From positions 1-32,000 of the forward strand of contig NZ_BAABDK010000010.1 in the NCBI RefSeq assembly GCF_039539585.1: a DNA stretch of 32,000 nucleotides, read 5' to 3'. Positions 31,996 to 32,000 of this stretch are shown here, in pieces. The notes under the pieces are model-generated. The model did not search any database and was not told the origin of the DNA. It saw nothing but the letters and a program-made list of their open reading frames with translations. The DNA comes from Hymenobacter glaciei. Lineage in GTDB: Bacteria; Bacteroidota; Bacteroidia; Cytophagales; Hymenobacteraceae. Position numbers and translations under genes: made by a program. The first letter of the stretch is position 1. Each line of letters opens with the position of its first letter.

Positions 31996-32000
31996 GGGGC

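Noticed and set aside
1-32000. Search by eye for tRNA/rRNA genes, CRISPR arrays, transposases/integrases and IS inverted repeats, including at the edges of the AT-rich cassettes.
   Set aside because: None were found. The cassettes are bounded by Rhs-core homology rather than by mobile-element ends. Small or degenerate elements could have been missed without tools.

Overview
GC-rich (about 65-68% by eye) chromosomal window. It is dominated by a Bacteroidota-style (T6SS-iii-like) type VI secretion locus at ~8.5-27.6 kb and an Rhs toxin array at 0-8.5 kb. Ordinary housekeeping genes follow at 27.6-32 kb. Recognisable T6SS core genes are vgrG, two tandem hcp/tssD genes, tssE, tssF, clpV/tssH, tssB, tssC and a third free hcp. 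I could not recognise tssG, tssK or any membrane-complex gene. Three cargo arrangements sit side by side. (1) vgrG, a 287-aa unknown and a 1434-aa PAAR-like(DUF4280)-Rhs protein. The last ~2 kb of that rhs gene, plus two downstream genes, form an AT-rich cassette flanked by 67-bp direct repeats. This cassette displaced the original GC-rich Rhs C-terminus, which survives as a decaying orphan, and a still older Rhs remnant lies beyond it. (2) An Hcp domain fused to a GHSLGG alpha/beta-hydrolase (lipase-like) domain, translationally coupled to an ankyrin-repeat lipoprotein. (3) Two tandem, diverged paralogous modules (a ~380-aa hydrophobic protein plus a small N-terminally anchored protein). Each module is preceded by a ~170-200 bp conserved leader whose 88-bp core is identical between copies and is evidently non-coding. 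Module type (3) is the best candidate for an undescribed effector/immunity system. The new Rhs tip carries R/S/E-spaced ADP-ribosyltransferase-like motifs and is followed by two candidate immunity genes, one with a weak NADAR-like motif. The right flank carries homogentisate 1,2-dioxygenase, two secreted/lipoprotein unknowns and a class I HMG-CoA reductase. I saw no rRNA, tRNA, CRISPR array or transposase. All family assignments are from reading the translations by eye, and no searches were run.
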